NCBI GenBank assembly: GCA_048013815.1
Contig: CM106585.1
Coordinates: 11,656,001 to 11,720,000 of the forward strand
Reading direction: 5' to 3'
Source: Setoptus koraiensis
Taxonomy: Eukaryota > Animalia > Arthropoda
DNA: 64,000 bases
Part shown: one piece after another, positions 1 to 13,424 of the stretch
Numbering within the stretch: position 1 is the first letter of the stretch
How the letters are laid out: each line of letters begins with the position of its first letter
Made by a program: the position numbers and the translations under genes
The notes under the pieces: generated by a model
What the model saw: only the letters and a program-made list of their open reading frames with translations
What the model was told of the DNA's origin: nothing
Database searches by the model: none

Positions 1-76
1 AAAGGAGAGATCACAAATGCTGAATCAACTCTGCATAGTTTAGCCAACTGCAAGAAACTTTTTTGTTTTTACTTAC

Positions 77-547
77 AGTATAACCAATGTAATAAATATT
101 TATAATCAGACTTTGTACGAAGTTTGACCAAACAAATTCTCCATCGACAACGGAAACTAACTCTGAAGTTGGATCCTCCGCATCTCCGAATGGATGCTCT
201 AAATTATTGACAGCAGTATGATTGACCATCTTAACAATGGCCACTGTCATTGATAGACGCAACATAAACAATAGAGCCAGTCCGGTGGAGGCCAAAAACA
301 TGACTATCCATCTGGTGTGATGGAAAATCTTGTTTGGCCACTGACGTTGAGCTATGAGGCTCTCAGACAATTCAAAAGTTTCTATCGACTTTTGTTTCTC
401 CATTTTGCTCGAAACGCTAACTCCATTTCTCTTATTGATGCTGTTTCTAAGTTCTCGACCTGGACTATCTGGCATAGAACGCGTGGCTGAGTCGTTTGTT
501 TCGTCATTTGAGAGGGCACCATCATTTTGAATTGAATTCAATGCCAT
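77..547 (-). CDS. SLC17/ACS-family MFS anion transporter, first coding exon (gene continues off the left edge)
   Basis: ORF has TM1-like RWIVMFLASTGLALLFMLRLSMTVAIVKM and FVWSNFVQSLIINIYYIGY, typical of SLC17/sialin N-termini. GTAAGT donor begins at 76 on the minus strand. Confidence 0.8.
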
Positions 548-2280
548 TTTGACTACTGCAATTTATTGCCGATGGAAAAACTGTCTTGTTACTGTCGTTC
601 TCTGAAAACTTGTATCATTTATTCTTTAAATAAACAAAAAATTTCTCGCCAACGCGGAGATTGCCTTCAAACTCCAACTAGCTGAGAGAATTTGCCGCTG
701 TGTGATATCGACGACAGTTCATAACAAACAGTCCATGGCTACAATAAGAGAGTGATCAAATAAATTCTCTCGTCTGATGTAATGACGCCAATTGATTGGG
801 TAAGTGTTTATAGTAAGGTTTATAGTGACACTTGTTGACATGTTTAATGGCCAGCTTAACGTTTAATCCGTTGCCAACGAAAATTGTTGTCTATCATAGT
901 GGCGCGATCAAGAAATGAAACCATATGAAACTATTCGCAAGAGAATTGCGCAATGCTGTTGTCTGTCTGAGCGTTTGATACACTTGTCTGGATAAGCTAT
1001 GGCATAGGCATAAATAATAAGCATATTGATGGCGATGTAAAAACAAGCGACACACTTATTAAAACACTGACGTTTTTATTAATATAATTATCGATTAATA
1101 ATAATTGTCAGCAATATAAGTTTATTTGATACCATAGACATCGTTGGATTTAGGCGAGATGCGCCGGTTGCCAAACACTCAAATCGACATAGACTACACT
1201 ACAGATTTACTACAGACAGGGGTCAATATGAGGCCGAACAATGATCTCAACTTGAGATTGTCAAGGCACAATTATAGTATCGGTGTTGATTGGAGCATTA
1301 TGAGCATTATCCAGCATTATCTCACAGCGCTTACCTGTTGCAACAATGTGTCACGCAATCGTTGTGACCCTGGCCTGTTTACCGGCTGCCTACTGGCGAG
1401 GGAAAGTTTTACAGAAGGAATTCTGTCAAGTGGCAACCTCTTGACGGCAATAAAGACTCTTTATTAATGAGACGTCGGCGGCCGCAGTGAATTAATTTGT
1501 TTTGATTAACAGGTTGTATGGGGTCAGCGCCTACAACGGCACAACAACAAATGATACAACGAATGATATAGGAGGCACGAGCATGTGCAAATTATCATGA
1601 AAGATGCAAATTGATTTTTGAGCATATTATTTGTTATTACCATGTTACGACACCGACGAGCTTTTTGCGCAAGTCATGCACAACAGCAGCAACAACAACA
1701 ACAACATTACCAGAAAGTAACTCGCTTATTAGCATGCAAACAAATTATGGGTCAGCGCCACCAGAACAAGGCTGGCTGTGGGATGGGGGAGGCTGTTGTT
1801 GTTAATTGTTGTTATCACGAGTTTCGCTACTTTAATGATGGATTATTTGTGTAAAAAGTATCAAAAAAGAAAGATTGTTGCCATCTATCAGGCATTGGTG
1901 TGTGATAATATTGCCTCATGTCTCATGTCTCATGTCTTATGCCTTATACACACACACACAAGTGACTTTACTGGCTATACTGTTGGCACTTTGGCTGGCT
2001 GTTTGTGCCATTGGATTGTATTGGATCGTACGGATAGGAGTAGGGATTGTGATTGAAGCCTGGCGAGCGCAACAGCGAGCGACACAGCAAACGAGAGGCA
2101 GGCCTGTTGGCGCAAAAAAGAAGCAGGTGATTTGGATCGATGAAACAAATTATCTGCCTCTTTAGTTTGGCAACATTTGTTCAGTGGTTGGCAAGTCGTA
2201 CGGCACTGTCGTTGGGTTTGTTTGGCGGCAAGCGTGTGCAAACTGCTGCGAAACAAGTGCAGATGCTATCTCGTCCAAGT

Positions 2281-2355
2281 CTTGATATATTCCGACTTGA
2301 TATATCAAGACTTGATATATCGAGACTTGATATATCAAGACTTGATATATCAAGA
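2281..2355. repeat. 5 x 15-bp tandem repeat whose unit contains a perfect 14-bp palindrome (CTTGATATATCAAG-A)
   Basis: Read directly: units start at 2281, 2296, 2311, 2326 and 2341; units 1 and 3 carry substitutions. Confidence 0.95.
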
Positions 2356-4131
2356 CTTGGCCGCGAGAGCTCGCCAATACTTTCGCAACTGCGCTCACAA
2401 GCGTTTCTGGCCAAAACATATGACCAGCAAAAATATCTGGCGGCATGGGCACTGGTGGGCAACTGGCAATAATAATGATTATTATTCGAGCAACAATAAC
2501 AACTAACGTTTGGTTGCCGGCATAAACTCTAGTTATAATAATAAATGATATCTTTCTGGCTGGCTCGATTACCTCATCATTGGAAAAGCAGACACACAAA
2601 GTGAGTGAGCGAAAAATCACCTGCTCACCTGAAACTTGCAACTTGGAACTTCGAAGGGATATTCGGGCCTGTGTGTGTGGCTGTCGCTGGGAGCGCACCA
2701 GTTCGTGTGCAACCACCGATAGACTCTTCTTTTCACATTGCTCACAAGTTTACAGCCAAGCGTTATAATGGCCGCTAGCTTGGCACCGCTAGCTAGCTCG
2801 CCATCACTGGCTAGCTTGGCAGCGCTGGCTGGCCAGCGTGCCGGACGGTGTGCGTTTGGAGGAGCCACGACAAAAAATAAAATGGCTCAAATTGATTGTT
2901 GGTGAGCGCAATAGCGAGCTGGCTGTGGGAGCGTCAAACGTATAAATGCTGTCGATACAGTCGGTAGTAATTAGGTCCGTTACTTTATATCTTTCTCACT
3001 TTGTATCTCGCACAGTGTAGCCAGCCAGCCAGCCAGCAAGGTGGGCTCCTCCTATCCGCAGGAGACCGCTCTCTAGAATGCCCCCGCCTGCTGGTGCCGC
3101 TCCTGGCCGCCAGAGGGCCGGCCGGCAGGCCGCTAATTGTTGTTAGCAACACACACACATTCGGACACACAACAGAAAATTGTGGTGATTGTTGTTGCTT
3201 GTTACCATTGGTTGGTTGGTGTGCCAATGGTGTGCCAATGGTGAGTAATTGGTGCAATTGTCGAGACTGGGCCACTGCTGCTGCCACAATGAGTGGATCA
3301 ATTTTCATTTATTTTAAGCAGGCCAACTGTATCTGTTCCATTGTGTAACGCGAAACATCATCATCATCATCACCACCATCGTCAGTGAGACTGCTGGCTG
3401 CAAGGGCGAACGCCGACAACAGCCCCGAATCTAGAGCATGAACAAACAAAAAATCAATCAAAAACTCTGACGAAATCAGCCATCAGCAATTGTTTTGTTT
3501 CTCTGTTCTTCCGTTTTCGTTTTCATCCTTCATTAGGCGCTTCCACGGCTGCCGTTGTCGTCGGCGCGCCATGCTGCGCCCACTATCTGCATCCAATCAA
3601 GCGACAATCAGCAACTCGCAGCAGCCGCAATCAGTCAGAGTTATGCCGTAATCGGGCGCCAGCCAGTTTTGCCGCCAACCACGACACCGACAACCACGAC
3701 AGCAACACCGACGACAGCAACACCGACGACAGCGACAGCAACACCGACGACAGCGACAGCAACACCGACAACAGCGCCGAAAACGACAGCGACAAGCGAT
3801 TGCCCGAATTTTCGCTTTGCATCGTTCGCGTTTATCGCAAAACGCGAATTTTGTCGGAGTTTTGTTGTCGCGACAACAACGCACAACTTGATCGCAATAA
3901 TTCACTGGCACCAACTGGCACACGACAGAATGTATCAAACAGCACATAAAGTGTAAAGTGAAGTGCTCGTTGAAAGATGGCGACAACGCCCAACGCAAAT
4001 CCTGTTACACAAGCAGCAACGTGTGATATTTTGTTTGCGACGCTCTCCGAAAAGTTTGCTCTAATGAGCTGAAAAAATGAAGAAAATTTTCATTATTGTG
4101 CTATTAATATTTTGACCAATCGCACCCGAAC

Positions 4132-4176
4132 AATAGACCAATTTTAAATAGACCAATTTTAAATAGACCAATTTTA
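4132..4176. repeat. 3 x 15-bp tandem repeat (AATAGACCAATTTTA)
   Basis: Three identical units read directly. Confidence 0.9.
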
Positions 4177-4266
4177 GCCGCAAAAAAGCACGCAAACAGA
4201 CAGTCAACTAGCCGGCCGCTCGAGCGCACACTCTCGAGCAATGTTTTGAACAGTGTCGTCAACACC

Positions 4267-4930
4267 ATGAGCCAATCACACAGTCGACGCTCAAATGTTG
4301 ACCAGCAACGACAACAACAGGTGAATTGGCGCCATCAATACCAGCAGCAAGTGCATGCAAATGAGCCCAGTTACGCTAGCAGCACCAGATCAGCACTTTA
4401 CCGCTCCACCGACGACAATGGCGACCCGAGTAACCGTTACAATAGCTCCAGTAGACTCGGCGAGCAGCAGCCAAAAAGATCCGGCCAACAACCGGCGACA
4501 ACAACCACAGACAGTGCCAACAGCAGCAGCTCAGCACATTACAGGGGCCACGAGCATGACTCGCTGGGCTACCACGACGACGGCCAATTAGAGCGCCAAT
4601 TGGAGCGCCAATTAGACCGCCATCAACAACAACAACAACACAGCCAATCGGCGCTGTCAACGGCGTCGTCGTCGTCGCAACATTCGAGCGCCTCGGTGCA
4701 ATACAATCTAGAGGACGACGATGACGACGACGACCTGTACAACCGGGCCGGCGCCCAACATCCGTCCGCTTATTACATGCGGAGCGGCGCACGGGCCACC
4801 GACAACGACGATCTAGACATCGACGACGACGATCACTATTCGGGCCACCATCACGCACAATCGGCCCTGTACAGACCGCTCAATGTGTCAATGTCGCCCA
4901 TACCCGAGGTGGACAGCGAGCTGAGCAAAG
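4267..4930 (+). CDS. Large intrinsically disordered protein, exon 1
   Basis: S/Q/D-rich ORF from ATG 4267, ending at AAAG|GTAAGT (phase-1 donor at 4931). Confidence 0.65.
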
Positions 4931-5315
4931 GTAAGTAGCTTAGCTGTACCGGTACGATAGATTAGCGAAGAATTTTAACGCAAAGTCCTGCTCCCTTGCG
5001 CCGCCAATTCAACGCAAAGTCCTGCTCCTTTGCGCCGCCAATCTGTCGCGCCGCCAGTGTGTAGCGCCGCCAGTGTGTCGCGCAGCGGACCAGCAGTGAC
5101 GGCGATGGCGCAGGGAGCGCGACTTTTGGGCCAAGGGTTTTGGCCGGCCATCGTGCCACACTGCGCGGGTCACTGGCGCCCCACGCAACACAATTTTCAT
5201 TCGATTCTATTGTTTAATCACTATTTCTGACCAATCGCACTCGATCGCCGACGCAACCGACACCGACGACGCAACCGATATCGCTGGCACTCACCTGACG
5301 CAACCGGCACCGAAG

Positions 5316-8300
5316 AGCAATCGCTGGCGGACAGTTTCGACCATGACAGAAACAGTCACGGCGCCTCCAATCGCGACAACTCGTCGTCGTCGTCCACTGA
5401 CGGCGATCACAACAATCAGCAGCAGCAACGACAACAACAACAACAGCAACAACAGCAACAACAGCAGCAACAGCAGCAACAACAACAGAAGCAGAAACGA
5501 GACACCGGCGACACGTACGCCGACCGCAGACACAGCCCAAAGTATGACACGGGCACGGTGCAGCAAATGACGCGCGGCAATCTGAAGCAATTCGACGACA
5601 ATTATCGCCATCAATTTGGCCACCATTCGCCAACGGCAAGCTCGTTGCATAATACAATGGGCGGCAGCAGTGGCAGCATGCAGCAACAAATCCGTTTGGC
5701 GTTGCTGGACGAACAGGGCGACAGCGAACGCGACAGCGGTGTTGCGCAAAGCGACAGCACCAGATTGAGCAGTAGCGCCAATTTGGGCCCCAGCGATGGC
5801 TTGCACCAATCGCAGCAGTCACTGTCGCTGTTGCGCAATCAATCGTGGTCGCCGTCGACGGACGCGTCAGGCAGCACAACAACAAGTGGCCAGCAGCAGT
5901 GGCGCCACCACAGTGTCAGTGCTGGTGGCGCTGCCAACAACAACAGCGGCAACAACAACAACAACAGCGGCAACAACAACAACAACAGCGGCAACAACAA
6001 CAACAACAACAGTCAACAAAACAATTTGGTGGACAGATCGTCGTCGTCGGCGGCGGCACTGTCATCGGTGGCCGTTGCAACGTTGCGCGACAGACGATCG
6101 CCCAGCATAATACCTGTGACACCCACGCCGAGAACAATGACCCCTAGCAGCAGTGTGTCGTCACCGAGCGACATGTTGCGCTCAATATCGCGCCTAAGCG
6201 ACAACTCGTCGGCCACCAGTTTGGCCGGCTATCACCATCATCATCACGGCCAACAATCGCCCTCTAGTAATGACAACAACAAGTATGACGCAACAGCGAC
6301 AACAACAACATCGACAAACAATCAACAGCAAACTGCGAACAAGTACGCGACAGGTGACATGGAGCTTCGTCCGGTTGTCAGGACCTCGTCAGCGACACCT
6401 ATAATCAGACGAAACACTTTCAAGATAGACCGGTCGGCACCGAATGCGGCAAAAGCGGCGCCACCGGCGGACGCCACCGATCCAACCATCAAGCAACTGA
6501 TGAATGCCAGACAAAACACTGCCATTGCCACAACAAGATCGCCAAATATCCGCCTGACAGATCAAGACTCGCCATCGCCAATAGCTCAACTGTCGCCCGA
6601 CGATTCGCCATTTGGCGGCGGGCCCCTGAGCCACCTATCGACTAGAGCCCGGCACTACAGCAAGCAACAGCAGCAGCAACAAGAGAGGAAGACAAACATG
6701 ATGAAGGTGAATTTTGAGGACGCTCAGGGCGTCAGTGATTTGCCGACAGGCGGCGACAAAGTGGCCAAGTTTGGCCGACAATTCGCCGAACACGGGGCCA
6801 GTCGGGCCAGCCGATCGGGCCTGTTGTCCGCCGGTGGCAGCGTGTTCCGCCTTGACGGCACCAAAACAGGTGCCAGCCAGTCGGCGGTAGATGGCGCTTA
6901 TGTCAGCCAGAGCGGGCAACAACAGCGAGTGGCTCGCCAGGACACCAGCATCGGCCAGTCGAAGCAACAGCAGCGCCAATTGGCCGCTGCGGTGTTCGAG
7001 AACAAATCCACCAATACCCAGATTGATTTGCAGCTCATGGACAGAATGGTGAAGCGATTCTTCGTTGACAAGTCGGACAAGAGCGTACAATCGGTGCGCT
7101 CGAGCTCGGACATTTCCGATTCGCACAATTCGGACAATCATCTGGCCAGAAAGGTGTTCAAAAGTGTGGCCGTTGGCACGGAAAAATTCTCCCGAGAACG
7201 CTTCTCTGCTTTACCTCAGACAAAATCGCGCTCAACTCAAACACGATCGCTCGTGGATCAAGATTTTGGCACAAGCGAAACGCGACTGTTTAGATTGAAT
7301 CATTTTCAAAATAACGGCGCCTCACTGATCCGGCGCTCGTCAACGGCAAGCCAGGCGGACTCGAGCTCCAACTATCAGTCGCGCGAAGATCGCGAATCGT
7401 TGGCATTGGCAGAGGGCGACACTGTTGCACACTTGTCGCCGGCCGACAGCAAGCAACCGCTTCCGGCAACTGCCAGCTACGAATTGCAATCGGGCGACAG
7501 TCTCAACACAAATGTCACAACAACACGGGATAACACAAGCGCCGAGGAGCCCACAACAGCAAACTCTTCGTCTGGGGACGATCTGGCGCATCGCACGGGC
7601 CCAAAGTCACATTCGCAACAACTAACTTCCGGCCAAACTGACGCCAGATCAACGGCGCGAGATCAAGACGACAGCGGCGCACCGTCGGCGCCGGACGCCA
7701 GGGCACGAACGAAGCCGCACCTGGTGGCGGGTGGCGGCAAACAGGCGGCGACGGGCTCGACAAGCGATGATGAGGACGCCAACAATGACACCGATTTCAC
7801 CGTAGATAAGTCTCTCAATGAGATCACCACCGACGACGACAGTTACAGCAGATCCGCCCGGGTAGCCGCGACAACAACAACAACAACAACCAGCAAGCAG
7901 CACAGTCAACAATTGAACCAACCAATGGACACCGGAAGTGCGGCGGCCGCACTTCCGGTCCAAACTAGCCTCTCAGGCGGCGTCGTCAGCAAGCAGGCGG
8001 CCAAAAAGGGCAAAAGCAGCAGCAAGTCAGCTGTGCAACAACAACAATTGTCTAGCTCAATGAGTGACGCAATCAGTAGCAGTGCACTGGAGGACTCGCT
8101 GGTGGACGAGCAAGCGCTTAGGGGCGACGCTGCCGATTCTAAGGGTCGACACAGCAGTCGAGTTGCCACCATTGACACGGACACACTGGAAGAGGACGAG
8201 GCCAACGTGAGGGGCGCCACCGAGGCCAAAGGTGAGCGCAAGAAAAGCGCGGTCCCGTCTAACAGTGTGCTCAAAACGAGAGCAGTGACAACAATTAGTC

Positions 8301-11024
8301 AAATGTCGCCTAGTGAGAAAACTATGCACCAGGGAGAGAACAGTTTTATTTTGTCGCCCGTGGCGCCCCCACCCCAGTCTGGCCCAGCCAATATGGTGCT
8401 GGGCAACAAACAAACGCTCACCACTAGCCAGCTGGCTGGCCAGCAGGCAGCACGTGCGCCGGCCGGAAGTGCGGGCGCAACAGACAGCCCCACGGCCGGC
8501 CACAGCGGCAGCCCGATCACTAATGGAGCCGCTCCGGCGACGGCAACACCAACAACGACGACAGCAGCGCCAGCCTCGAAGCCCCCGACAACCAGCGCGA
8601 CCACAAATAACCAACAACAACAGCAACAACCGCTACAACAACCGCTACAACAACCGCAACAACCGCAACAACAGCAACAGACTAAAGACAATCATCAGCT
8701 GATTGTGGCGACCGACAAGGGCGACAAGCAGCCGCCTGCGAGCACGCAACCACAACAACTGACACGACAGCAACACAACAGGTTGTTTGGCAAAATTCGA
8801 ACGGATTCGCGAATTGTCATTGAGTATTGCGATGGCAAACAAAAGCAGCGCTCAGAAATAACCTCACTGTCGCAATTGATCAATGGCAAGCTGAGCAAAA
8901 AGACGCAAGTGACCACGAGCAGGCACGTGCCGAGCGTCGGGCCGGCTCTGTTGCAGGGGGGCGCGGCGGCAGCGCCGAGCGGTTTGTTTGATGAGCGGGG
9001 CGGCGATCGCGTTTATTTGCACGCACCTCCCGACGATTTTCGCACACGGTCCGATCTGAATTTGGCCGCTTCGTCGTCGTCGTCGCCGGCCCACAATCAC
9101 AGCGCTCACAAGCGTTACGCGTCCAGCAACCTGTCGACGGACGGCTCGTTGCATCATCACACTCACCAGCCGGGCTCCTCGTCGCGATTGAACTCGAGCC
9201 AGCAAACACTGATTGCGTCGAGTCCCGTCAATTATCTGGTTACGCAACCGCCGTCGTCGTGTCAGTCGCCCACTGATCCGACCTCAAGTCACAGTAATCT
9301 GTATGGCGGCGGCGGCAGCAGCAGCAGCCGGCAGCACACAGCACCCAGTTACAGTAGACAATTTAAGACATCTAGCGGCACATTGTATAACAACAATAAT
9401 AACGATTATCACCACCAGCCAATTAAATGGCACGAGGCCAGCAGCTCAACCGTTTGCAACGAAATAGAAACTGAGGCCTACAAGATAAATGGGGTCAAAC
9501 GGGCATTGAATGATATCAATGACAAGGCGCTCACTGGACTGCTGACAGCGGACCAGCAGCAGCAGCGCGAATGGGCCAAGGATCTGTATTTGATATCGGA
9601 GGCCCACATAGATCATCTTGGCTCCGACAAGAGTCGTGTGCATCTCAAATCGACCGCGGCAAAATGTTACCCGGCCACGGGCCGGGCCGCACTGCAAGCG
9701 GGCAGCTCAATGGACCAACTGTTGTCCATAGCGGACCAGGCGGGCGGGCCCAAGCGCGCCGGAAGTGGCCCGGGCCTCAATCTCGAGACGCTCGTGTCGT
9801 CGCAAGTGGGCCTAGAGGACGACGGAAGTGGCGAGCCCATCATAACGGGCGGCGAGCCGGGCGACCGGGCGGCTGCGCATCGGTCGCAGCCGCACCACGA
9901 CAGCAAACAAACCAGCACCAAGACACTGCCGGCGCTGACAGACTCTAGCGGCAAAGGCGCCAACAACGGTCACGACCGAGAGCGGCCATCGCAAAAGCAC
10001 CATCGATTAACCGCCAGCAACGGTATAGTGACCGATATGGGGCCGGGCGGCGTTGGCGCCCCCGCCCCCGCACCCACCATCGTTAGCAGCAGCAGCAGCA
10101 GTGACAAAAAGGTTGTGCGCTCAGAGGAAATGAGAAAGCAAATTAGAGCGGACGGCCAGCTGATTTACGACGACAAATTGCAGCGTCACGAGTCTGTCAG
10201 AGAAACTAGTCCAAGGTCGCCGGCGATGAGCGCCAGTGATTTGTCATTATTGCAGTCTAGACAACAGCAGCAACAGCAGCAACAACAACAACAACATCAA
10301 CAGCAGCAGCAACAACGGCGACACCGGTCGTCGCCGCTAACGTCGAGAAAAAATCGAGAAATAGATGGCGTGGCGAGCTCAAACGAGGATCGCATTCAGT
10401 CGACTATGGACAAATTGTCGAGGGAACAACAACAATTGCGAATGAGCATCAGCAGCAGCAGCAGCAGTAGCAGCAACACGGGCAGCACACTGACCAAGCT
10501 AATGGAACAACAACAGCAACAACAATTACATAATAATATCGGCAAATCGTCGTTGCGCAACAAGCACAGCGACGAGCAATCTAACAGTTTGTACTATGTC
10601 GACGAGAACGTTGACGAGTGGCGACAAGTGCAAACGTCGCCCAAACAACAACAACGCCGCCACCAACACCACCATCATCATCACAATCACAATCGCCACG
10701 CAGCGTCGTCAGCAGCGACATTGCCGGAAACGAGGCCCAGATCGCCGGAAACGAGGCCCAAATCGCCAGAAATGAGGTCGAAGTCGCCGGACATGGGGCC
10801 CAAATCGCCGCTCTACAGAAGCGCTGCCAGCGAGCTGGGTTCGGCGACCAGTTACGACAGGAGGACGGTGCGAAAGAGCTCGTCCACCACCACCACCACA
10901 ACCACCAGAAACGAGACCACCAAATCAAACCAAATACTCGCGCCCGGCAATCGGGCGTCGTCGCCCGTGGGCCAGTCGGCCCACGGGCGACTGGCCCACG
11001 CGCGGCCGCACGTCGCCTTCAGGG
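5316..11024 (+). CDS. Large intrinsically disordered protein, giant exon 2 (~1,900 codons)
   Basis: 1,824-aa ORF whose frame stays open upstream to ~5231; ends at G|GTGAGT (phase 1). The acceptor at 5315 is phase-compatible but weak. No recognisable folded domain. Confidence 0.8.
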
Positions 11025-11217
11025 GTGAGTAGCCATATGAACGCAAAACTCTCAGAGTCACAATAAAAATTCGGGGCCAATTCTGAGGCCCGAAATTAGC
11101 TGAGAATTTCTGTGTGCGTCAAAATACTGATCGCATTCGGGCCGAATCTCTCACTGAATCGCGTCTCGTTTTTACATCTCGTATCGCAAATCGTAATCCA
11201 ATCCAATGATGGCGCAG

Positions 11218-12259
11218 ACGACACCGTGTCGCCCGCCAGCCCGCACAGCAGCAACAGAAGCCATTTGACAAAGTCGAAATCGTTGCTGCAATTGAACAAT
11301 TTCGCACCCACGGATAATTTGAGCCCGACAGAGCGGCCGACAACCACCACCCATTCGCAGCGCCACAGAAGCAGCAAACAGCAGCGCAAATCGGCGGCCA
11401 ATCTGTTGGATTTGAATGGTGTCGACGACACCAGGGGCCACCACCAAGACGACAGCTTGCATTTGCTTCTGCCGCCGCCAGTCGAGTTTTTGGACCAGTC
11501 GAAGCAGCAGCAGCAAAAGCAGCAACACAACGCCAGGGACCCCATGGACACGGAACTGGTGACCAGATTGATCCGAACGAGACAACAAACGATATTGGCG
11601 GCCGACTCGCCGCTGGTCAGCGGGGGCCGTGTTAAGGCCGTGCAAAAAACCAAACCCAACAGGACCGTTTTAGAGCAGGATCTAATATCGCCCATCAACA
11701 ATGTGCAATCGCTGTCAACTAGCCAGCAGACGGCAAATGGCAACAACGACAAGCAGCAATACAACACGGTTCAATTGGTGCCCATCACGGGCGACAACAA
11801 TGGGCCCCAGGCCGTTCAGGCCAACAAGCCAAATCAGGCGAGCGGCGTGTGCAAATTTTCAACAAAAATCGAGTTTGAGTCGGACAGCGACAGTGTTCAA
11901 CAGGACTATTCATTGCAACAAAACTCGCCAGCGGCACAATCGTTCATTGGGCCCGACGCCAACAACAATAATGACGCAAATGATAACAGCGCAACAATTA
12001 ACGGCGGCACCGAATCTACATCGAGAAAATCGTACAAAATGGGCAAAAACAAGGAATTGATCACAGAGACAAAATTCAAGAAAATCAATCGCTTCCTGTT
12101 CGGCAGCAAGAGCTCGTTGAGCGGCAACAAAAACAACAAGCAACAACAACAACAATCAACCAATCAGGCCAGCGACAGCGGCAAGCACGAGGCGCCCGAT
12201 TGGGACTACACGCTCATTGTGAACCGAATGAACGGCGACAAGATCGACAGCAAAGTCAA
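11218..12259 (+). CDS. Large intrinsically disordered protein, exon 3
   Basis: GCGCAG| acceptor in phase 1 matches the exon-2 donor; 383-aa ORF; AA|GTGAGT donor at 12260. Confidence 0.7.
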
Positions 12260-12541
12260 GTGAGTATATCCGACAACAACCGCGATTATCGCATCTCAAC
12301 AACCATGATAATAACAATCTAACCGAGACAAATACTAATTACGTTACCACGTCTCCCAATTGTCGGCTTGGCGAATTGCAGCACACACATTAGGCACAGG
12401 AGGACTCCGATGCTCACCTAGTTGTTAGCTAATAAATTATAATTAATTGTTTTTCTTTATTACTTGCACGCACTAGTTGTGTCGACAATCGTTTAAATTT
12501 ATCACATCCAACAATTTAACTCGCGCGGCCTCTCAAAGTGA

Positions 12542-12646
12542 GAGTCTCGAGTTGGGAGTCTCGAGTTGGGAGTCTCGAGTTGGGAGTCTCGAGTTGGGAG
12601 TCTCGAGTTGGGAGTCTCGAGTTGGGAGTCTCGAGCTGAGAGTCTC
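12542..12646. repeat. ~7.5 x 14-bp tandem repeat (GAGTCTCGAGTTGG)
   Basis: Six identical units, one variant and a partial unit, read directly. Confidence 0.95.
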
Positions 12647-13011
12647 AACGCCTTCGCCAGGTCCAAAGTGAAATCCAAAACAAATCCCGGTTTGACCCGT
12701 TTCCTGCGTGCCTCATTGCTGCCGGCCATGCTCGTTTTGCTGTTGCTGCCGGTGCGGTTCGGGTCTCGGTCTCGATCCGGCCCGCGATCCGGCCCCCGAT
12801 GCGAGTCGTTTCATCAGCGTACATACGATATAAAGCGCAGCATTTCGTATGCAGTCCAGATCATTCACGCGCCTCACATTATCTCAGATTGTTGACGCAT
12901 CGTTGGATTCTTCACACATTGATACACATTGTTTTGATTGAGTTTGTCGCGCGCTGGATTGGTCCGAGCCAGATAATCGAGAGATCATCGCACAAGTTGA
13001 GCTCATGACAG

Positions 13012-13424
13012 CTCGAAATCCACCGTTATAGTTGCTAAAGACGATTCAGGTGAGTGAGCAGACGTTGTCTACGTCTCGAAATGAGGTTCGTCTTTTTGCT
13101 GGCCCATCTCTGGATAAAATGAACAAAATCGCAGCGAAATTCCGCGACCAAGTTTTCCCGACTTTCTCGATCTTCTCGATCTTCTCGATCTTCTCGATCT
13201 TCTCGATCTTCTCGATCTTCTCGATCTTCTCGATCTTCTCAACTTTCTCAGGTCACAGCGAGATGACGGGCCGGCCCGGTCAGCCGTCGGTTGTCGGTGT
13301 CACTGGCAGCTCGTTTCGTTTGCATCCAAATTCTGTCCACTCGTCCGTTTGTCCGGTCGGTCGGCATTCGAGCCGACATTCACGACGACGTCTGACACAA
13401 CATACATACGTATTGGCGATTTGA
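13012..13424 (+). CDS. Putative last two exons of the disordered-protein gene (38-nt exon 13012-13049; terminal exon 13252-13424)
   Basis: CAG| acceptor in phase 2 matches the 12260 donor; CAG|GTGAGT donor in phase 1 matches the TTCTCAG| acceptor at 13251. The whole model totals 7,626 nt, in frame. Confidence 0.4.
13164..13251 (+). repeat. 8 x 9-bp tandem repeat (TTCTCGATC) plus two degenerate units ending in the splice acceptor
   Basis: Read directly; the last degenerate unit is TTCTCAG. Confidence 0.9.

Noticed and set aside
1144-2165. Short ORFs on both strands
   Set aside because: No recognisable motif and no phase-consistent exon chain could be built.
2140-2472. Small ORF with signal-like start and GLFG-GKR amidation-like motif
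   Set aside because: It is kept open by the palindromic 15-bp repeat, and a mirror ORF exists on the other strand. No independent support as a neuropeptide precursor.
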